A stretch of 62,253 nucleotides of DNA, filler included. It is 12 parts of 12 records of this genome, joined end to end, with 100 filler letters (N's around TTAATTAATTAA, not from the genome) between each part and the next. Parts side by side here need not be neighbours in the genome. Positions count along the whole stretch, not along the records: positions 50,268 to 58,365 come from SRR7504441_6803; positions 58,466 to 62,253 come from SRR7504441_6818; 10 more parts are not named here. One strand, written 5' to 3'. Below the pieces are notes generated by a model. The model was not told the DNA's origin. It did no database searches and saw only the letters and a program-made list of their open reading frames with translations. Positions within the stretch are counted from its first letter, which is position 1; every line of letters starts with the position of its first letter. Made by a program: the position numbers and the translations under genes. Shown piece after piece: positions 56,693 through 62,253 of this stretch.

Positions 56693-58365
56693 TCATGCGC
56701 AGTTCACCGGCTCCTTGCCTCGACCTTGCCAAACCCGCCGAGCCCTGTGGAGAGCTTCAGCGGCGTCTCTCTTGCCACCCCATGCCGCGGCCGCACCGGT
56801 GCGGTCCGCCTCAATCTCTCGCAGCCAGGCGCAGTGGGCCAGCAGCCGGGCGATCAGCTCCTCCTCTACTGAGCTGCACCTGCTGAGCCGGCAGCTCTCC
56901 AGATATCGCATCGATCGACCCTGCATTCCGATGGCATGGAGCAACGGACAGCTCGACACGTCCAACTGAATCAATCTTGGTGCTTCCAGTTCAATCTTGG
57001 CCAGTGACTCGCATTGAACGATCGCACACCGGACCAACTGAGGAGCATTGACCGACAACTGCTCGACTTCTGGACAGTTATCCAGCTCAAGCAGGTACAA
57101 AGAGGAGAAGCAGAGCGTGCCAAGAGCCTGGCCAGCTCCCCTCTGACGTGCAGTCTGGTCCGCAGCTGCAGACCTGGCCCTCGACCCTTGCTTGGCTCGC
57201 TTCGAGTGCTGGCTCCTCTTCATTTTGTGCCAGGCATCGGTCCGGTTGACCTGCATCGCCCCGTCGCCTCGCTTACCTCCGCCGTGTTTGCCAGTCTTCC
57301 TAGGGGCGTGCGCCGCGGGCAGGGAGTCCATCTCGTCGTCGCTGCTCCCTGCGCGGGCCAAGCGCCCATTCTTCTTCTTTGGCTTACCCGCAAGCTTGGG
57401 TGACTCAGGCAGCTCTGCAGCATACTCAATCGCGGCCAGCCAGATGTCAGTTACCAACGGCGGCCTGGCTTTCTGGGCAGCTGACACGCAGATCTGCCAT
57501 TCCAGCCAGCTTGAGCTGCTCGAGCCAGCAGCATTGTTCCAGGGACACCTGCCAGCGGCTCGGCCTCTAGCTGTGAGAGCCACTCACGAGATGGTCAGCT
57601 CCAAATCCAGAGCAACTTGTTAGCGACACCCGCCTCAGCATCCGTCCTGAGAGTGCCGGGGCCAGCAGGTTGGCCTCGACGGAGGAAAGCCGCAGGGTGT
57701 GCAGCTGCACCGCTAGCAGCAGCACCTCCGCCAAGCCGTCTGGCTCACTGGCCAGCCCCAGCTCAATGAGCCTAGAAGGGTCGACTCTAATGTGGCTTAG
57801 CCGCGGTGATTCGTCAAGTGCAAGCACTGTCGGTCGAGCCTCCGGCCTCAACTCGACGCGCTCGAGTCTACTGCAGCCAGGCATTTTCAGAACCTCCAGC
57901 TTAGGACATCGCCCTAGGTCAATCGATGCAAATCTGAGTCCGCTCAGCCGCACCGAGCGCAGCGATGGCATTGCCAGTTGCAATGGAACAACCGGGTCGG
58001 CGGTCACGGCACCGGCCTCGAGTACAAGAACCTCGAGCAGCCTGCACTGGCTAGCGAGCGCGAGCCAGCTTGCGACTGGAAGCATCCCGCAGCTGAGCTC
58101 TAGCTCCCGAAGCTGGGGGCATCTCCATGAGACCAGCTCGGAGAGCAGATCTACACGGATAGTCAGGCTGGTGAGCCCGGGCGGTGGACTGCTCGAGAGA
58201 ACGGTCTCAACGGAAGCCAAAGACATGTCCTCGACTGTCAGAGTTTGCAGCGACTCCGGCAGACCACACCCGGCCTCGCCTCGCATAGTGAGCTCCCGCA
58301 ACTCACGAGCTGCACAGCGCTCTCTCGCCTGCTCGCTCGACAGCGTGAGGGCACAGCTCGAGAGC
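56693..58365 (-). CDS. Cys-containing LRR (FBXL-type) protein, 5'-truncated
   Basis: CPQLRELELSC, CPKLEVLKMPGCSRL, LDVSSCPLL repeats. Confidence 0.7.
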
Positions 58366-58465
58366 NNNNNNNNNNNNNNNNNNNNNNNNNNNNNNNNNNN
58401 NNNNNNNNNTTAATTAATTAANNNNNNNNNNNNNNNNNNNNNNNNNNNNNNNNNNNNNNNNNNNN
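58366..58465. other. Artificial contig-joining linker
   Basis: N44-TTAATTAATTAA-N44. Confidence 0.97.
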
Positions 58466-59213
58466 ATGGCAAATCATTTTTTGCGGCGCTTTGGTGGTGC
58501 TCTGCTGGCATGGGCGCTGTGGCTGTGCTCTACGCAGGCCATCATCGATGAGCCCATCCGGTACCGAGAGGCCTCCGCCGAGCGGGCACTTCGAGCGCTC
58601 GACACGGCGAGCGAATGGGTGGATGCGGCAGCGCGCACTGTCGACGGCGAGCCCACGCCCAAGAGCAGCGTGGTGCCGGGGCGCCGTTGAAAAGCCGCTG
58701 AGAGCCAGGTGCAGGTCGAATCTGTCAAGCGTCAGAACGAGCGCCAGCAGGTGGCAGCGGCGGCCGTTGAGAAGCAGCACGAGAAAGATAAGCTCACGGG
58801 GCTATCCCATCAGGTGCTCGCCTGGACCGATGCGCCAGCCCAGTTCGACACAGGTGGCGACCCCTCAGACCAAGATAGAGAGAGCACTGGACGAGAGGAC
58901 CGCACAAGGACGAGAGAGAGCTGGACGAGAGGATCGTCCATCCGAGGGCCGCCAGGCGGCTGTCAAACAGGACCACATTAAGCAGCAAGCAGAGCAAACG
59001 ATCGAGGAAGCCAACCGCAAGTTGGAGGTAGAGAGCCGGGCACAAAAGCTGATAAACGCCGCCAAGAGGCGGTACGATTCACTCAAAGCGAGAGTCAAGC
59101 GCATGGGTCACGATGATATGCGACTGCCCCAAGAAAAAGAAATTGTCGGACATGATGACATGCGTCTAAGCTTTGGTCCTGCAAGCAAGGAGGCACATTT
59201 AGAAGCTCATTGA
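58466..59213 (+). CDS. Hypothetical secreted coiled-coil protein, multi-exon
   Basis: Signal-like leader GALLAWALWLCSTQA, charged helical exons and a duplicated GHDDMRL near the C-terminus. Confidence 0.5.
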
Positions 59214-59373
59214 TAACGTTCAACTTGATTGTTGTTTATCGAAATCTAATGCAGTAAATGTCATGAATCCCGACGTATCGATAATAAAACCGTAAAATTA
59301 TGTCATGAATCCCTAATGAATCCCGACGTATCCTCAACAGATAGAGAGGGAGTTACAAGTACGTATATATGGT

Positions 59374-62152
59374 CTACCCTATTACACAACTCGGCAGGAC
59401 TCCACTTTGGGTGCTGGGGGCCGCGAGCAAGCTCTCTAGATGTTCCAAACCCAAAGCACTGTCAGGATCCATATCGACAGAGCCAGCCACACGATGCCTC
59501 TTGCTCCACAAGGCTCGGCTGCGCTGTCGAAGCTGCTTAAGCTGCTCCATAAGATCAGAACGGATCAGCTTCGGAATATCTATTACACTCACTATCTCCT
59601 TAGACTTTTCCTGAGCCACAAGAAGAGCAAGCCCAAGTTGGCAAGCAAACAGCTGAAACTCGGCTGACACAATCACCTGATTGATCTCCAAGCTGTTCCG
59701 AATCTCATTAGGTGCCGTATAGAGCGCATCAATGGCGCTCTTGATTACTAGAGATGTGCGCTTGAGGCTGAGCATTTCCAGTCGACTTAAATTGGGCGGT
59801 CGCGATCCTTCGAATATGAGCAGCTCCATGAGAGACGATGAAGGGGCATTCAGCGCTGGTTGAGACACAATCTGAGTTTCTATGTGGGCACGCGCAAGAG
59901 TGACAATAGCCTTGGCAGGGACTTCATGTACTGTAGATCCCAATAACTGGGACGCCACCAATGATGCTAGTATTGTTGGATCAATCAGCTGCACAGTGGA
60001 CCCATTCCACATGCACCCAACGCTAACCATCAGGCCGAGCAAAGAGGTGGCCATGTCATCCACCAATGCCTCACTCCCAGGCGGATTGAAGTCCAACACC
60101 AACCCACCCAACGCTCCGTACTTCATCCCTTTGGTGGTGGCTGCTGCAATGTGGTCAAGTCTAGCCTCAAGATGCCCACCAGATGCAGTCCATCCAGGGG
60201 TCGGCATAGTGACATAGAAAGGGACGTCACATCCTGCCAGCTGCGAACACGATTGCTCATATGAACTGTGAGCGTCAGCACCGGAGCCCCTGACCAAAAC
60301 AATGGAACCAGACGGTATTGCAGAAGGGTCAAGCGCCGAGTTCCCCCAGAAGAGCATGACCCGTTCATGGCTTCTGACCAGCTTGTAAATGGCCTGAAGG
60401 AAGTTAATATACGCTACATTTCTTGCAGAAGACGAGGGCTGGCCAGGAGGTGGTGGTGGGGGATGGCTCGCAGGGCGGATTGGAGGGTTTGTCTCTAAGC
60501 CTGTGTGCTCAGGCACACACTCATCTACAACTTCCAAACCAACCCCAAACATCCTGGTTTTGGATGGCAACGATAAGACTTGGTCATACATTGAGCTGAG
60601 CAGCTCAAGGCTTCCTGTGTGCGTAAGGGACAGTGATTGTGGGGTGTTGGACTCTGGATGCTGTGCAAGATGTCGGTATTCGGGCTGCTGGAGCCAGTCT
60701 GGGAGCACCAGCGACGACTGATGCAGCACAAGATCCATTCCCAGCACATCACAGTGTTGCTGAAGCTCAACTAAGTCTGCCGCACACAGGCCGACCCCTC
60801 TTGGTGCAGGTGTTGCTTTTTCATGTCCCTCGTAGATGTAACAGCTCTCCAGGTAAAGGTGAAGCTCGTTGACTTTGAGGGTGCTGAGCATCTCGGCAGT
60901 CGAGCAGAGCTTGGCCACGCCCATAGCCTTTGATCGGAGGTCCAGCATCACTCCTCGCCGAGGCAGATCAGGCCAGTCGACACACCTGATAGGCGGAAGT
61001 TCAAGCTCTGTTGAACTCTTGTTTGAATAGTGCTTGAGTAGCTGTACCATAGTCAGTACTCCGTAAAATAAACCCATCGCGTCAGATCCTGTCAAGTGCA
61101 CCCTGCCGCCATGACACTCCAGCTTATATGCCTCTGCATGGCTAAAGATTTCAGCACACACTCTAAGGTAGATTGGAGCAGGTTCGGGGCCAGCCACTCG
61201 GCTCATGATTGGTGAACAACCACAAAACTCGAGCTGCTGCCGCAGGAGTCTCCATGACCTCAGCCATATGCCGCTCACCTCGGTACTATCCAGGAGCACC
61301 CGCAGCTGAGCCCCCCTCGGAAGCTTGACTGGCTGTTTATTCAGCTGTCGCAGTCGCTTCGGCTGCGGCCACAGCAATGTATAGTCCTTGTGCGCATACA
61401 AAACTGGCGGCGGTGGCTCCGGAGCCGTACTTTTTGGCTCAGGGGCCTGGTGAGGCTTGGTGAGCTGTGAGAGCTGTGTCAAGACCCGCTCATCTCGTGT
61501 CACCTCGAGTGCAGATTTGTCTTTCCACAGCCCTGATTTGCCCTGGATCGTCACATCGGCTTTGGCTTCAAGAAGAGCCGTCACAATCTCTAAATCACCG
61601 GCTTTGGCAGCTTCATGCAGCGGGGCTATACCATCAGCATTCAGAACATTGACCGAAGCTGACTGGTGGAGCAGCGCCCCAACCACACTCGAAGAGCCAA
61701 AAGACGCGGCCCAGTGGAGAGGAGTGTTCAGCGCACCGGTGCCATCATCCACGTCAACATCCACCCGCGCGGCGAGCAGCAGCTCTACCCGGTCAGCGTC
61801 ACCGCGGGCCGTGGCCGTGAACAGCTCAAGAGAGAAGACCTGGTGCACCTGCCCAGCCGGCTAGCATCCCTCCCAAAGCAGCGGCCACCTGGTTTCTGGT
61901 GGCACACTCGAGGGCCAGCTTGCCCTCCCACGAGACGGTCGGGTCCACTCCCTCGCAGGAGAGCAGCGCCCGGACCACGTCCTCGTGCCCTAGCCGGCAG
62001 GCAGTGTGTAAAGCCGGCTCGACCGCCCCGCCGGCCCGCTTGATCTGCTCGAGCGCACCTTGGTCGAGCAGCGCGCGCACGATGTCGGTCCGGCCCTTCT
62101 CCACCGCATACTGCAACAGCTGTGAGGCGTCCTCCGTCTCGGGCAAATCCAT
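59374..62152 (-). CDS. Ankyrin-repeat + GH20 (hexosaminidase-like) protein
   Basis: Ankyrins LLQYAVEKG, ALHTACRLG, TPLHWAASFG, PLHEAAKAG. GH20b LLWPQPK..EAYKL..GLFYGVLTMVQL, then DWPDLPRRGVMLD..KVNELHLYLE. One intron near 61840-61880. Confidence 0.8.
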
Positions 62153-62253
62153 CCCGACAGCGTCCTGCACCTCTCAACACGTATTCAAGTTCCAAGTACT
62201 TGAGAGTACAGTACTTTGTAGTAGGTCCCTACAGCTGTACAGCTGTAGATCTG

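Noticed and set aside
57760-58360. Clusters of TCGA/CTAG words as nucleosome-periodic CpG (linker methylation) signal
   Set aside because: Abundant by eye, but periodicity cannot be established without autocorrelation or Fourier analysis
4404-58465. Regularly recurring TTAATTAATTAA flanked by Ns as a biological repeat, telomere, nanochromosome end or CRISPR-like array
   Set aside because: Exactly 100 bp each time with stops in all six frames, and it cuts genes mid-CDS, so it is an artificial concatenation linker
1-62253. Alternative genetic code or stop-codon readthrough
   Set aside because: TAA, TAG and TGA all end conserved genes, and the in-frame stops I examined fall inside predicted mini-introns

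Overview
Eukaryotic nuclear DNA from a compact, GC-rich protist-type genome. It is not one locus. Eleven artificial 100-bp linkers (N44-TTAATTAATTAA-N44) join 12 contig pieces of about 3-8.5 kb, so gene order is meaningful only within a piece. About 37 protein-coding genes or fragments can be read in the standard code, many split by spliceosomal introns of about 36-48 nt that often have GC donors. Recognisable products: HCF101-type Fe-S scaffold, ABCB10/MDL1 transporter, LarA nickel-pincer enzyme, M12B protease, TauD dioxygenase, TTLL polyglutamylase (internally deleted), Tex/SRBD1, DRG GTPase, U-box protein, ABHD17-like hydrolase, HECTD1-like ligase, sulfotransferase, LRRC47-like protein, dual-specificity phosphatase, chromodomain protein and several CAZyme-like proteins. 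The strongest signal is genome architecture. Neighbouring genes almost always alternate strand (about 23 of 25 within-contig pairs by my gene models). Head-to-head starts are mostly 39-141 nt apart in GC-rich DNA. Tail-to-tail spacers are AT-rich, full of perfect 10-20 bp palindromes and share a TACATGATTGTA/TACAATC motif. Unusual proteins include an ACP-Nudix fusion, an R-S-ExE ADP-ribosyltransferase-like protein, a UBL-reductase fusion and an intron-containing LarA. No rRNA, tRNA or CRISPR array was recognised. All gene models and family calls are by eye, without database searches.
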